From the NCBI RefSeq assembly GCF_018977255.1, contig NW_024705474.1, forward strand, positions 1 through 41,644: a stretch of DNA of 41,644 nt, read 5' to 3'. This DNA comes from Callorhinchus milii (lineage: Eukaryota). The position numbers were made by a program, and so were the translations under genes. The notes under the pieces are model-generated. The model saw nothing but the letters and a program-made list of their open reading frames with translations, was not told the origin of the DNA and did not search any database. This document shows, one piece after another, positions 12,774 to 24,574 of the stretch. Position 1 is the stretch's first letter, and each line of letters begins with the position of its first letter.

Positions 12774-14178
12774 TCAAGTGTCCCCATCGCCGTGGTAGGC
12801 CCACCCAGAGCAAGCTTCGATGTATCCGCCTGTGTCACGGCAGGTTCGTCTGTCCTGGATGGTCCTTTGCGTCACGTCCGTGGCAGAGGCCTCCTGCTGG
12901 GGCCGCCCCGGGATGCGAGCCCAACAATCCCTGGCGAAGTGGCCCTTACGGCCGCAGCGGAAACACTCCAAGTCGTTTCGGCGCGCAGGACCCCCTCTGT
13001 CCCGACGCTCCCGCGCGTCCGGAGCGCACCCCCGCTCCCCCTCGAGCAGGCCACTGGGCAGACGCGGCCGTCAGCTCCTGCGGACCCCTGTCATCAGGAA
13101 CGTAGACAGCCTTCTTGGGGTCTCACCCTGTAGCACCGCCTTCGACGATGGGGCCCCCCGTCCAAGCCGACACCTGTTTCCACCGTCGAAGGTTAAATTG
13201 GGCATCCAAGCACTTAGCCGCAGCACGGGACGTTAACTTATCATGGCCGCACACCGGCATGGGGATCCCCAAGTCTCTAGATAACTCCAGCATCTTGCCC
13301 AATATGAGGGGTTCCAACAAATCAGGCTCCGTCTCAGGATACGCAGCCATAGCTAGTTCCAGAACGGCGCCTCGGAATGCCACGGGCGATTCTTCCGGCG
13401 CCCGTTGCCGCTGTACGAATCTGTGATGAGCATCGTCCGGAGGCTCATACGCGTCCGCCATTTCCTCAAAGACCCCCTGTAGCGTCCTCTTCTTTTCGGC
13501 CTTGATGGAGCGGAAGAACCTGACGGACTCGTCGTCGAGAAGTGTTGGAAGGACTTCTAGGGCCTCTGCGTCCGTCCATTTGGCGGATCGTACAGCCGCT
13601 TGAAAACGGCAGGCGAACGCACTCCAATCTCCGCCGATGGAGAACTCTTTAACAGTTGTTAGATGACGGCTGCGGGTCCTTGCTCCGCCGTCCTCCGTCG
13701 ATGGCGACTCGTGTGGCAGCGACAAGATGGCGTCACTCCGCAACGTGTTCAAAATGGCGGCTCCCCGTGGTGGAGGGCGTAAGATGGCGGCTTCCCGCCG
13801 TTCCTCCTCGGCCACGCCCAAGATGGCGGCTTCGTGCCGCATGGTGGAGAGGGCTGACGGCGTCGGCAAGGCCCCGGCCCGCTGTTCTCCGCTGGGCCTC
13901 CCCGAAGTCGTCGCCGGCGTCACGAGGTCGCACAGCTGCGTCAACACCGCCTTCAGTGCCTCAAGTTGGGCCGCCACTTGTCGCCATCCTTCGTCGGCGT
14001 CCACCTGCGCGGATGGACCCACCGAAGCGGCAACGTCCTGCACCCCCGGACCGTCGCTCGTCCCTGCGTCGCTTCCCCCCTCCATCGTCGGTAGCGCCAC
14101 CACTGGAGGAAGGTCGTCTTCAGAAGATGTTGCAGAAGATGGTGCAGGGACGTTCTTTCTTCTGAGCTGTTTTGACAT
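12774..14178 (-). pseudogene. Gag-like protein with CCHC zinc knuckle, one stop and one frameshift
   Basis: 351-aa ORF 13123-14178 (capsid-like HRFVQRQRAPEESPVAF…ELAMAAYP); downstream frame has CFRCGRKGHFARDC (CX2CX4HX4C). Confidence 0.85.
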
Positions 14179-14185
14179 GCCGTTT

Positions 14186-14199
14186 CACTTCTGACACCA
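14186..14199 (-). promoter_or_regulatory. Primer binding site, tRNA-Leu type
   Basis: TGGTGTCAGAAGTG one base inside the 5' LTR; complementary to the tRNA-Leu 3' end …CACTTCTGACACCA (from recall). Confidence 0.8.
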
Positions 14200-14200
14200 G

Positions 14201-14671
14201 TGTAATAAAGGACTCTTTCACAGTGTCGATCTTGTTGTCCTTTATTTGGGTTCGTGTAAATCTCGCTCCCACGGCGTCCTCGCTCAGCCCGGTCTCCTCC
14301 GTCGAGCACCCCGCAGCCACACCGCTCCGCTCTGCAGCAACACCGCTGCTCCGCTCTGCAGCCACACCGCTGCTCCGCTCTGCAGCCACACCGCTGCTCC
14401 GCTCTTCCTCGGCCTCGGCTAGCCTCACACACTCGGCTATCCCCTCTCTGCCTCGGACACCGATGGCCGACGGTGCCGTGGTCTCCCAACACGTGGCGAT
14501 TGTGCCACTCTCCCAGTACTGCCCAGCGTGGCCTCCTCCCTTTTCCACTCCGTCGCAACTCCCCGATCCCTTCCGGTTCACTCCCTAAATCCTCTCCCCC
14601 ACGTGACCCTAACTCGTCCCTCTCCTCACGTGACCCAGACTCCGCCCCCCTCAATCCTTGCTCGCATTACA
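14201..14671 (-). repeat. 5' LTR
   Basis: TGTAAT…ATTACA; diverged direct repeat of 11942-12410. Confidence 0.92.
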
Positions 14672-15988
14672 AAAGTGAATGAGGTTGGGCTGGACATATG
14701 GCACGAAGGGATGGACGATTGTCACGAAATAATAACAGCTTAGCAGCCAAGGATAGGAACGCTTCTGACATGACGCCTACAGAGGAGATGGAGCGATGAA
14801 ATCAGTTCACGTGCAATTTCAAGGTGCATTATAACATCCAGCTGACTATGGATGATGGTGACTGTATGAAGATGGTATCGTGGAACATGATACTGCGGTA
14901 ACTGCTGAGTGGTGGTGTATTGCTGCTACTTACAGAGAGGTGGTTGCTTTTATTGGCCAAGTCGCTCTTGAATCCGAGCTGTCCAACTCAATGGGTTTAT
15001 ATCGAGTACAGTAATAAACGTCTGACATTCGCTGGAGGTACCTCTCGGGTGTCAGAGTATGTACGTATCTATGTTGAGCTTCTTTCGCACCGCAGGTCAA
15101 TAAGCGGAGTACACTTTGCAGTCACACTCATAAAGGACTCGCAATGTAAGAGACGAACACTCCCTCGCCGCGTGACGTTACCTGCCTTGGGCATTGAGAC
15201 GTCATTAAAGTGTCGTGGTGTTTTATTTAAAATTTATCGCAACTTGATTTGAGAGACAAGTCACAATGAGAACCCTGTGGAAAGGCTTTGAGGTTGGCTA
15301 AAAACGTGTCAGAGACATCATCCCATACAGGTGCTCGTGATACCGATCAGCTTTGCCGTACCCGGAGTGGAACACGAGGCCAAATGCACGTGAACTACCT
15401 TTTTAACCGACAAAGGAGCACAGATTGATGGGCAAGCTATGGAGGTCCAAATAAATTATCAAGATGTCCATTGCCTCACACTAAACAGAGATAGACAACA
15501 CGTATCTTTCTCATGGGAAAAATCGGATAAGAAATGAAATAATTAATAAGTATACATTGGTCAATGCACGATGCTAGTAAATCCACGCTCGCCACCACTG
15601 GACTGTGGGCAGATCGCCAGTGGCGTGGGCGCTGCGTGCGTGGTTCACATCGGGCCCTTGGAGAGCCGCCCCCATCATCACGAGACCCCGACCAGCAAGA
15701 CGGAGAGCCACCACTTAACGTGTAGTGGGAGGCAGCGGAGAAGCAGCAGAGGAGAAGCTCTAACACAGCTGTGATAGGTTGATAGCAAAAAGCAGTGGTT
15801 CTTAACCTGGGGTGCATCACGCACCCCCTGGGGGTGCGAGATGCCTTTGTGGGGGTGCGATACATGCCAGAGTTTTTTAGAAGGTAAATCATCGAAACAA
15901 AGTCCACGTACTTTGTTTGATCAAACCTATGCACTCTTTGGTTCTTTCGGTAAAGTCACGTAGAAATTAAATAAATTAAATAATAGAA

Positions 15989-16029
15989 TACGACGTTTCG
16001 TTTGCAACACAAGCAATCGTCATCAGGTA
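15989..16029 (-). ncRNA. Minimal type-I hammerhead ribozyme motif
   Basis: TAC-CTGATGA-c-GATTGC(TTGTGTT)GCAAAC-GAAA-CGTC-GTA. Confidence 0.7.
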
Positions 16030-16160
16030 GAAAACAAACCTGGTAAATTTCGATTTAAAGCTTTCGTGACTGCAGGGATTCATCTTCTTGGTTCTTTCGG
16101 TAAAGTCACGTAGAAGGGAAGTAATAAAATAATAAAAATAAAACATAATAAAATTATTCT

Positions 16161-16202
16161 CACGACGTTTCGGCCACAACGCAAGTAGCCGTCCTCAGGT
16201 GA
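16161..16202 (-). ncRNA. Minimal type-I hammerhead ribozyme motif in the Penelope terminal repeat
   Basis: TCAC-CTGAGGA-c-GGCTA…TGGCC-GAAA-CGTC-GTGA: intact core, stems I and II pair. Confidence 0.8.
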
Positions 16203-17081
16203 AAACCAGGTCTGTCGAGGCGACAGCGTCTGAATGAAACAGCACACGCGCGTGGAGCATGTATATAAGCTGGGTTGGAAGGGGGGAAGAAAGGGGGAGC
16301 CTTGAAAAAAGAATATGCATATCAAGAGGAATTTAGCATATTTATGGGAAATGCAGGTATGTGATTAGTACTGCATATGCCCGTGCATTATGCAGGATTA
16401 GCAGCATCAAAGGGAGGGGGATAAGGGAAATGCAGGTATGTGATATGGGAAATGCAGGTATGTGAATAGTATTATTTATGCCCGTGCATTATGCAGGATT
16501 AGCAGCATCAAAGGGAGGGGATAGGGGTAGCATTAATGAAGGGAAGGAGTGTTAATAGTATGTAGCTGCAGTAACTAAAACCACCACGTAAACAACTAAA
16601 GTATAAACTACATATTATCATCAGTATACTAAAAATACTCTACAATAATCTGAGTTACTAACAGTAAGTAATACATTACAATTCTACGTCGTAAGAAAAT
16701 ATATATAATATGCTTCCATCTACCTTATACATTGTAATATTACACTATGTATTATTCTACCCACCTTAATGTATATCACACTGCTGTATATTCACTATAC
16801 AATTACGATACTATATATTACTTTGTACATTGTATTAAGCATATAAATGTTATACTATTTGTTATTATACACTGTACCATTGACCGTCGTGTGAAAGATA
16901 CTAAGAGGAAGAGTAGTGGGAGGAAACTTGCAGCGGAGCAAAGAATCCATTCCCTGCGGACAATGCAATGCCAGTGAGTGGAACGCGGTCTGAAAGTCAC
17001 CGTGAACGTGAACACAATCAGTTAAGATCCGAAATGGTTTATTACGTCCTTCCAATGATTGCTAAGCCGGAATCCATCTTC

Positions 17082-18441
17082 TCAGTTGAAATTGTCTCTG
17101 TGTTTGTATATGTGGATCGCCTCATGAACGAATCTCTCATGGTAGCCAGATGGCTTGCAGAGAACCTCTGTCTTGGAGAAGTCAATGTCATGTGAGCCCA
17201 CTGAATTGTAACAGTGATCTGCCACGGCTGAGGTGTTTGTCCTACCGTGTTTCAAGGTCTGCTTTATGTTCACGGATGCGGTCCGAGACATGTCGTTTGG
17301 TTTCTCCAATGGAACTGCTACCACAGAGGCAACTTAGTTTGTAGACGCCAGGGTACTGTATGTCTGGAACCACATCTTTTACAGACGGGACCAGATCACG
17401 GATTTTATGTACTGTGTTGAATCGGACCTGGATCTTGTGTTTAATCAGGATTTTGGAGATCTTTTTTGTGACCCCAGCAATGTAGGGTAAGGTGATGGTC
17501 TTGAGAGGCTCCTCAACAGGATCCTTCTTGATGGTTGGAGTGATGGCTTTGCGGATTGTGTAGTCGGAGTAACCATTAGCCTTAAGAGCTTGGCGTACGT
17601 GTTTGAGTTCACTGGCAATGTGTTCCTGGTCGGAAATGCATTGGGCTCTATGGTATAGAGTCTTGATGAGGGAATTCTTCTGGGATGGATGGTGGTGGGA
17701 ATCCGGTTTTAGGTAAGCATCCGTATGGGTGGCTTTCCTGTAGACAGAGTGGCTCATTGAACCATCAGGTCTCCTTTTAATTAGGACATCCAAAAAGGGT
17801 AGCTTGCCATCTTTTTCGACTTCCATGGTGAATCTGATGGCTGGGTGTATGGAATTGATGTGGTCGAGAAATTGGTCCAGAGCAGGCCGGCCATGTGGCC
17901 AGATGACAAAAGTGTCATCTACGTACCTCTTCCATAAGGTCGGGCGTAGAGTGGCAGTCTGGATGGCGTCAGTCTCAAATTTCTCCATGAAGACGTTGGC
18001 TACAACCGGAGATAGGGGGGAGCCCATTGGGGTGCCCTCAGTTTGCTTGTAGAAAGTTCCATTCCAGGTGAAGTATGTATTGGTTAAGCAGTGTCTCACC
18101 AGGGGGGTACCCCAGCATTCAGTCCTTGATGAACCAAGTCTTCAATGATTGCGATGGTGTCAGGTACAGGAACTTTGGTGAATAAGGAAACCACATCAAA
18201 ACTGACAAGCAGGTCGTCTGGGGACAGGGAAATCCCCTTGATTGTCGATACCAGGTCAGTAGAGTTTAGTACCGCAGAGGTGGTTTACCAGTGAAAGGCA
18301 GTAGGATTTCAGACAGAAAACGAGCCAGTTTGTATGTGGGGAGTTGATCGTAGAGACAATGGGACGAAGAGGTGTATCTTCTTTATGTATCTTTGGCAAG
18401 CCGTATAATCTTGGTGGCCTGGCTGCAGAAATACAATGCAA
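17082..18441 (-). pseudogene. Penelope RT/GIY-YIG ORF remnant
   Basis: ORF pieces 18256-18441, 17242-18099 and 17082-17324 in different frames. Confidence 0.9.
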
Positions 18442-18908
18442 TACAACACAGAGAGTCGGCTAACACAACAGTCAACACCCTACCTGGTTGATTACGTTCT
18501 TTCAAAGATTGATAAATTTGAGAGAGAGACAAAACACAGACACGGAGACACACAGACAGACACACAGGCAGAGAGAGACAACACAGAGACACACAGAGAC
18601 ACACACATAGACACACAAACCTATGCATTTATTAACATTATACATTTTTAAAGAGAACTAAAGAGGCGCAAGACTGCAGTAAACGTTAAGAACCATTGCA
18701 ATAAGCTACAGAGGAGCCCTCAGGAGGTGAGAAGCTGAAGTGGTGATAGCAGCAGTGGATCCGTTTAAATAGAGATGTGAAGATGCACCGTCGTTTAAGA
18801 ACGAACGCGTAACAACAAAGAGTGGTTGGTGACTAAGTGGAGGTTGTTACGACTCGTGGAGACAATTCACGAAGAGGAGATGACGCCGACTGCACTGGAC
18901 TGCGCCAA

Positions 18909-18975
18909 CGTGACTTTACCGAAAGAACCAAGAATATGAATCCCTGCAGTCACGAAAGCTTTAAATCGAAATTTA
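18909..18975 (+). mobile_element. Isolated Penelope-family 3' terminus
   Basis: CGTGACTTTACCGAAAGAACCAAGAATATGAATCCCTGCAGTCACGAAAGCTTTAAATCGAAATTT. Confidence 0.75.
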
Positions 18976-19502
18976 AACCCTTTGATGTCCAAGGAATTTC
19001 GATTTGTAACAACAACAGTAATGCAGAGCAGTGATAACAACGTAATTTAGGAAGGAACACATCTCATGTCTATTCTAAGTACCAACAATCAGAATAATGT
19101 ATTTTGCGGATTGCATGGGACGCACTAAGGTAACAGGTGTCGTCTGTCTAACTTTACAACATATAGGTGACACCTGGCGGCGGCGAGGTGCACCAACACA
19201 GTTGTGTGAAGAAGATGAGCCAAGACGTGGTTGGTTTGGATTGAGTGCGTGTGATTGTTTTTGTATGATGAGGTGCGTGTGTAATGAGACGTGGACAATC
19301 GCGTGTTTGTGTGTCTGTGTGTGTATAGCAGGTGTGATGGAAGCCCATTGTCTCATGGTTTCTGGAAACTGGTGTATTTTGGTGTGGAGCATATGTGAAT
19401 TTGCCCTGTAATAAACAATCACCCATACGTATTCTTAGGTTTTTTCGGTAAAGTCACGTAGGTAAAACATCAAAATTAATAAAAATAAAATAAAACAAAA
19501 AT

Positions 19503-19543
19503 CACGACGTTTCGGAGGCAACACAAGTCTCCGTCATCAGGTG
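19503..19543 (-). ncRNA. Minimal hammerhead ribozyme motif (inverted arm)
   Basis: CAC-CTGATGA-c-GGAG…CTCC-GAAA-CGTC-GTG. Confidence 0.8.
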
Positions 19544-19971
19544 GGACCGTCACAGCCGGATTAGCTGCATCAAGTGAGGCAATGATTCAAGATGTAATCC
19601 TTAAAAAGCAAGTTGAGGGGGAGGAGAGGGGGGGCTCATCAGAATGTGGTAGCCAATGAATGGAACGTATCGGGAGGGAGGGGGGCGGGGCTCAAAGACG
19701 GCACGGAGTGCCAACGTACAACGCATCGGGAGGGGGAGGGGGGGCGGGGCCAAAAGAGGTGGGCATGCGTCCACGCCGTCGTGCATTCTTTTGTACGTTG
19801 GCACTCCGTGCCGTCTTTGAGCCCCGCCCCCCTCCCTCCCGATACGTTCCATTCATTGGCTACCACATTCTGATGAGCTCCCCCCCTCTCCTCCCCCTCA
19901 ACTTGCTTTTTAAGGGATTACATCTTGAATCATTGCCTCACTTGATGCAGCTAATCCGGCTGTGACGGTCC

Positions 19972-20012
19972 CACCTGATGACGGAGACTTGTGTTGCCTC
20001 CGAAACGTCGTG
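19972..20012 (+). ncRNA. Minimal hammerhead ribozyme motif
   Basis: CAC-CTGATGA-c-GGAG(ACTTGTGTTGC)CTCC-GAAA-CGTC-GTG. Confidence 0.8.
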
Positions 20013-20799
20013 ATTTTTGTTTTATTTTATTTTATTAATTTTGATGTTTTACCTACGTGACTTTACCGAAAAAACCTAAGAATATGAATCCTTGCAGTCA
20101 CGAAAGCTTCAAATCTAGAATCACCCATACGGTCAATCTGTTTTGCTTTTTTGTTGCCGCAGATCTTGGGGTTCAGGCGCTATCGTCGTTCCTGGAAAGA
20201 TCAACGTCTGGTTGGATAAAGACGGGTGCACAGACGGCAGCGGTACAGACAGATCGGAGCCTGATGGGACGTTGCTGCCTTCTGGTGGTTGTGGTGAGTT
20301 TTGTGTGTATGTCAGGTTGGTTGACTCAGAAAGGCAGAATTTCATCCGAGAGGGGTGAACAAACCACCTATTTTGTCCCACCTGTATCTGCACTAATATA
20401 ATTATTGTATGTATGCGTGTATGTCTTGCACCATCCCTGGCCAAAAGTAGTGGCATTCTATGGTTTCCACTGTTTTGATAACCCATAGGTCTGTCTGTGT
20501 GGACCATGTTAATGAGTGTCTCCCGCAGTGATGTTGGCACAACCAATCGACGGCACTTGTTCGTTGTGTCCCATTTTATCAAGAGGTCATTATAGAGCTC
20601 AAATTCTGTGCTGTGGGGTTTTCCATCCTCTCCTGTTGTCGATGCAATTTTCTCCTGTATGGTCGTCAGTGGGCGATCTTTGACTTAACCTGTTTCCATG
20701 TTGTTGCCGTCAATTTCAGTACATAGTCCCTTAAAGTGTCTCCTTGCATATTGCCCGGGTCCTCCTGCATGGGGTAAGTAACAATTTCAGTCAGTTGCG

Positions 20800-21560
20800 G
20801 GAAGCCCTCCACCAGCGGTTTTGAGCCGGTGGAGCACTATGTCGCTGAGACCTGCCTGGAGACCCGGATCCGCAACCATGGTGAGGACATCCGCACTTTT
20901 GCAGAGGACCTCCTGGACTTGGCGAAGCTGGCGCACCCAGACTACGACGTGAGGTCAGTATGGGGCATCGTGCGGGCTCGATTTCTGTGCTACCTCTGGG
21001 CCACTGAGTGGTGGCAGGACGAGGTGGGCATGCCCATACACTTGGCATGACTGCACTGATGGACCGAGTGCATTAGTGCGAGAATATCTTCCTAGCCCAC
21101 GTGCAGACATCGCGCAAACTTTGGACGGGCTGTTGCGACCCTTCAGGTAGAGGATGACTCGGAGGAGGACAAACCCCGGCTTGGCAGAACTCGGCTCGGG
21201 TAGCGGCCGCAACTGAGACCACGCCCGCCTGGGTGTGTGGTATTCAGGAGGGGGCGACTAACATCCAGCAGGAGCAGGAAACTCTACACCAGGATGTAGG
21301 GACCTTTGGATGGGATGTAGGGGTGCTCAGACGGGACGTGGGGGCATTCAGCATGATGCACGGCTTCTCCAACGCCGTGTCAGTGAGATAGAGGTACGTC
21401 GGGACCAAGAGTGGGCCTGGTGGGCCGCCAGGGCCCCTGGTACACTGGGCGCTGAGTGCCTTAGGGTGATCTGGTATGTTTTCAGGGAAACCAGCCGGGC
21501 CATTTCAAGAGGGAATGCCCAAACAGGGGTGCCGTGAAGGCGGCGGCATTAAACTCATGC
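20800..21560 (+). pseudogene. Decayed retrotransposon gag remnant
   Basis: TRIRNHGEDIRTFAEDLLDLAKLAHP (gag capsid-like) and zinc-knuckle half QPGHFKRECP at ~21492-21521. Confidence 0.6.
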
Positions 21561-22739
21561 ACCCCCCAGTGAGTGGACCAACTGGGGCGAGCAGCAATGG
21601 TCCGGACACAGATGATTAGGCGGGGGTCCCAACCAGTATAAGTGATGAGAGAACGAACGGGATGTGGCCGCATAGTAACAACAGCGGCTCAGGAGGCGGC
21701 ACACCAGCGCGCAGCCATAGGTGCTTTTGGGGCCGTGTCAGCAGTGCAGGGGGAGCTGGCGAGGTGCGAGACACTGTTCTGTCGGGGCTGATGCTCCACC
21801 CCTCCTCTCCCCCTTCCTCCTCCTCTCCTTCCCGCCGGGCTGCTGCTGATCGGGTGATCGGCCTCCCCGCACCCGCGTCCGATTATAATCTATTATAATC
21901 GATGATCAACTAGCGGCTTAAGGAGGAAGGGGGTGCCTGATTAAAAAAAAACGCCGGAAAATCACTAATCATCATTATTATTTAAAATATTAAATTTTAA
22001 AATTCTTGCGTAACATGTTTTTAGGCATTGTGTATATGTTTTTTTTGCGTTTACATGTTTTTTTACCGTATGACATTGGCAAAAATAAACATACAAATAG
22101 ACAATTTTTTTAAAATAAAAAGTTACTGTTTTTGTTGTAGCATAATAACCACTCCAATCTCGAAGACTGCATGGGGTGATGTATATAGTGCAGTCATTTA
22201 ATTGTTTTTTTTACGGATATAATCGCGTGCCGGATAATTGATGATCAAATGTATTTATTTAAAATCCTATCAAAGGGTCTAAGACACGCCCATTATGAGC
22301 GCGGGCTGGGAGGCGGGAGAGAGTTGCGAAACAATGGGACGTAGCGCAGTTTACCGTGAGGCATCGACATGAAGACACCAACAGCAGCAGGTGCGTGTCT
22401 GTGTGTGTGTAGCCTACACCCGGGCAGCGGTAGCACGGCTGCATTATCTTATCCAGGATTGTATGTAGCGATTTTGTCAAATCACTTTACATTAGTATTG
22501 GCTTATGGAAAAGGGGGATGGGAAGGGATGACAAGGATGGTGATAAAAGAAGGGAAGTAGGAGAGGGTACGATATTGAAAATAGACCAATCTCAAGGGGG
22601 GAACAACACATGGTTCGTGAAGCTGCTTGTTTTATGCGGAGTGGGAGTTTATTCCAAAGGAGGGTAGCCAGTAGGGAAAATGAGCGGAAACCTGTCTGAG
22701 CACAGGGAGGTGGGGGGCATAGTGAGGGAGAATGGAGAT

Positions 22740-22930
22740 TGTGAACGACGCAGGAGCCGAGTTCGATTCCTGCTCGCACCCACCAACACTGGTGACAATT
22801 ATCTGAACCGGTTCCTGGGTCTCATCTAGGTCGACTCAAAACTAGTACCTGATGTGGTGTGTAAACATCGCCACTATGGAGACAAAGGGGCCCGGGCACG
22901 GTGCTGGCCATCCACCCTTCGTGTGCCGTG
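22740..22930 (+). mobile_element. tRNA-derived SINE, 5' eroded
   Basis: B-box GAGTTCGATTCC and family body AGGTCGACTCA…GGTGCTGGCCAT. Confidence 0.7.
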
Positions 22931-23358
22931 TCTCTTTGTCGATGAGTCTCTGTGTCTCGATGAGTTTTTTTATCTATGTCTCCCTATGTCTATGAGTCTC
23001 AGTGTATCTGTGTCGTTATGAGTATCTGTATCGTTGTGAGTCTGTGTATCTTTCTCCTGTGTCTACCTGTCTCCCCATGTCTTTAAGTCTCTATGTATCT
23101 GTGTCTCCCTGTATCCATGAGTCTCTATCTCTTTGTGACTTTGTGTCTATAAGTCTCTAAGTAATCTGTGTCTATATGATTTTACTGTGCGGTCCATAGC
23201 TTGGGTTGCATGGCCCTAATCGCACAGCACTGGCTGTCTTTAATTTCCCATCCTAGCAGGCAATGCAGTGCAGCATCGGCCAGCTGCTGTTGATGCCCTT
23301 ATGCAGGAATGTCAGAGCCAGGCGGTCGTGCCCGTGACTCCACCTTTCCACTGATAGA

Positions 23359-24495
23359 CAGTCCCTCCAGAAAAACGCGGAGTTTTTTGGTGATTGTTGC
23401 GGGCAAAATCGTTGATTATGCGGCACGTTTCTTAAAAAATGCGATGGAATATGCGGGATATTTATGCAATTTTATGCGATTAAATTGCGGGAACTTGCAA
23501 AAATTGCGGGAACTTGCAAAAATTGCGGGAACTTGCAAAAATTGCGGGAACTTGCAAAAATTGCGGAACTTGCAAAATTGCGGTTGATGAAAAAGAGAAA
23601 AAAAAGTGATTCCCCAACACCCTATTCACTAGGCCAGGGGTCGGCAACCAAAATAACAAGAAGAGCCATTTCTTTCCAATTCGGTACAAAATTCAGTATT
23701 TCAAGAGCCGCAATGCATCTGAGTACATACTGTACATACGTACATATCGTCAAGAAGCAGCCCGTAAAGAGCCGCATGCGGCTCCGGAGCCGTAGGTTGC
23801 CGACCCCTGCACTAGGCTACTACTTTAATGTAAAGAGTCATTTCTTATTACTTCCTATGATAAGCAATCATACTACATCACAGAAAGTGCTGGGAATATT
23901 TAAGTTCTCATCTTGTTTATTTCAGACCTTAACAAACAGATGGCTCAAACTTACAAAACATTGAGTCGAACAAGTTCTGTAGCTTTACAAAATGAATATG
24001 CTACAACTTCTGTAAAATGAATAAATAAAATATTAAAAAATAAAATGTGTGCTTCTGTTTTACAGAGGTAGCTATACAAAACAGACATCTTCTGTTAAAA
24101 TAAGTGTTTTCAGTGCACAGTAACGTAAGCAATACAGTAACAGTACAGTCTTACAGTAACGTAAATTTACATACTACAACAAAAAAGTGCAATCTTACAA
24201 CTGTAATGAGTGACGTCACTTCATAACGTTCCCATGGCAACAGGGGAAATGGCTGCGCTTGTGTGAAGTAAACGCAACATTTTCAACTTTCTGCTAAGAT
24301 ATATGTGACTTTTTGCAACGAAAATGCGGGATTATGAAATCATGCAAGCCCGCATATTTTGCGCGCGGAAATCTGCATTTAGGCGGCGAAAGTGCGGCGT
24401 ATTTGAAAAAACGCGCCCCCCGCATAAATATGCGGACTTTGGCTGATTTTGCGTGGAAACTTGCGATCGCATAATCGCGTTTTCTGGAGGGACTG
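23359..24495. mobile_element. Non-autonomous TIR DNA transposon with 6-bp TSD
   Basis: Perfect 21-bp TIR CAGTCCCTCCAGAAAAACGCG; GATAGA duplicated at 23353-23358 and 24496-24501; internal 20-bp tandem AAATTGCGGGAACTTGCAAA at ~23482-23583. Confidence 0.88.
23635..23809. mobile_element. hAT/Charlie MITE (175 bp), nested
   Basis: 15-bp TIR CAGGGGTCGGCAACC; perfect 8-bp TSD CACTAGGC (23627-23634, 23810-23817). Confidence 0.92.
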
Positions 24496-24574
24496 GATAG
24501 AGGCTGATAGCATTATAGAGATGCACTAAAGACAATCCAGTCGTGCAATTGAGCCTTACGGCGTACCCCGGGGT

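Larger units (their letters stand above)
11942..14671 (-). mobile_element. Gypsy-type LTR retroelement, gag-only (no pol)
   Basis: Two ~470-bp TG…CA LTRs, PBS, PPT, internal gag-like ORF and zinc knuckle; internal region only ~1.8 kb. Confidence 0.9.
16045..18481 (-). mobile_element. Penelope-like retroelement, 5'-truncated (RT + GIY-YIG endonuclease, frameshifted)
   Basis: LYGLPKIHK…PLRPIVS, SFDVVSLFT, QTEGTPMGSPLSP, KRYVDD, GVYKLSC…IGET, EAIHI…NFN; 3' terminal repeat with hammerhead; possible 7-bp TSD ACCTGGT (16038-16044, 18482-18488). Confidence 0.93.
15793..18698. mobile_element. hAT/Charlie MITE (~210 bp) split by a 2.7-kb Penelope composite
   Basis: TIR CAGTGGTTCTTAACCT / ACGTTAAGAACCATTG; flanks GCAAAAAG / GCAATAAG; internal 12-bp duplication CAAACCTATGCA at 15922-15933 and 18616-18627. 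Confidence 0.75.
19430..20118 (+). mobile_element. Fold-back Penelope-type insertion: ~292-bp near-perfect inverted arms, each with a hammerhead
   Basis: Arms 19430-19721 and 19791-20084, 69-nt spacer, 34-nt unpaired 3' tail, 13-bp TSD AATCACCCATACG (19417-19429, 20119-20131). Confidence 0.92.
19020..20720 (-). pseudogene. Decayed Gypsy-like pol/integrase remnant, interrupted at 19430-20118
   Basis: RLVVPTSLRETLINMVH followed out of frame by a YFWPGM-like motif (integrase zinc-binding region); heavily mutated, boundaries approximate. Confidence 0.55.

Noticed and set aside
19870..19880. Additional CTGATGA as a hammerhead core
   Set aside because: No downstream stem II and GAAA at a suitable distance.
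22369..22396. ATG AAG ACA CCA ACA GCA GCA G|GTGCGT as leader exon of the Ig gene
   Set aside because: The phase fits but the peptide (MKTPTAA) has no hydrophobic signal core.
23464..23964. 166-aa ORF with repeats; CRISPR-like appearance
   Set aside because: Translation of a spacerless 20-bp minisatellite plus a MITE; eukaryotic context, no cas genes.
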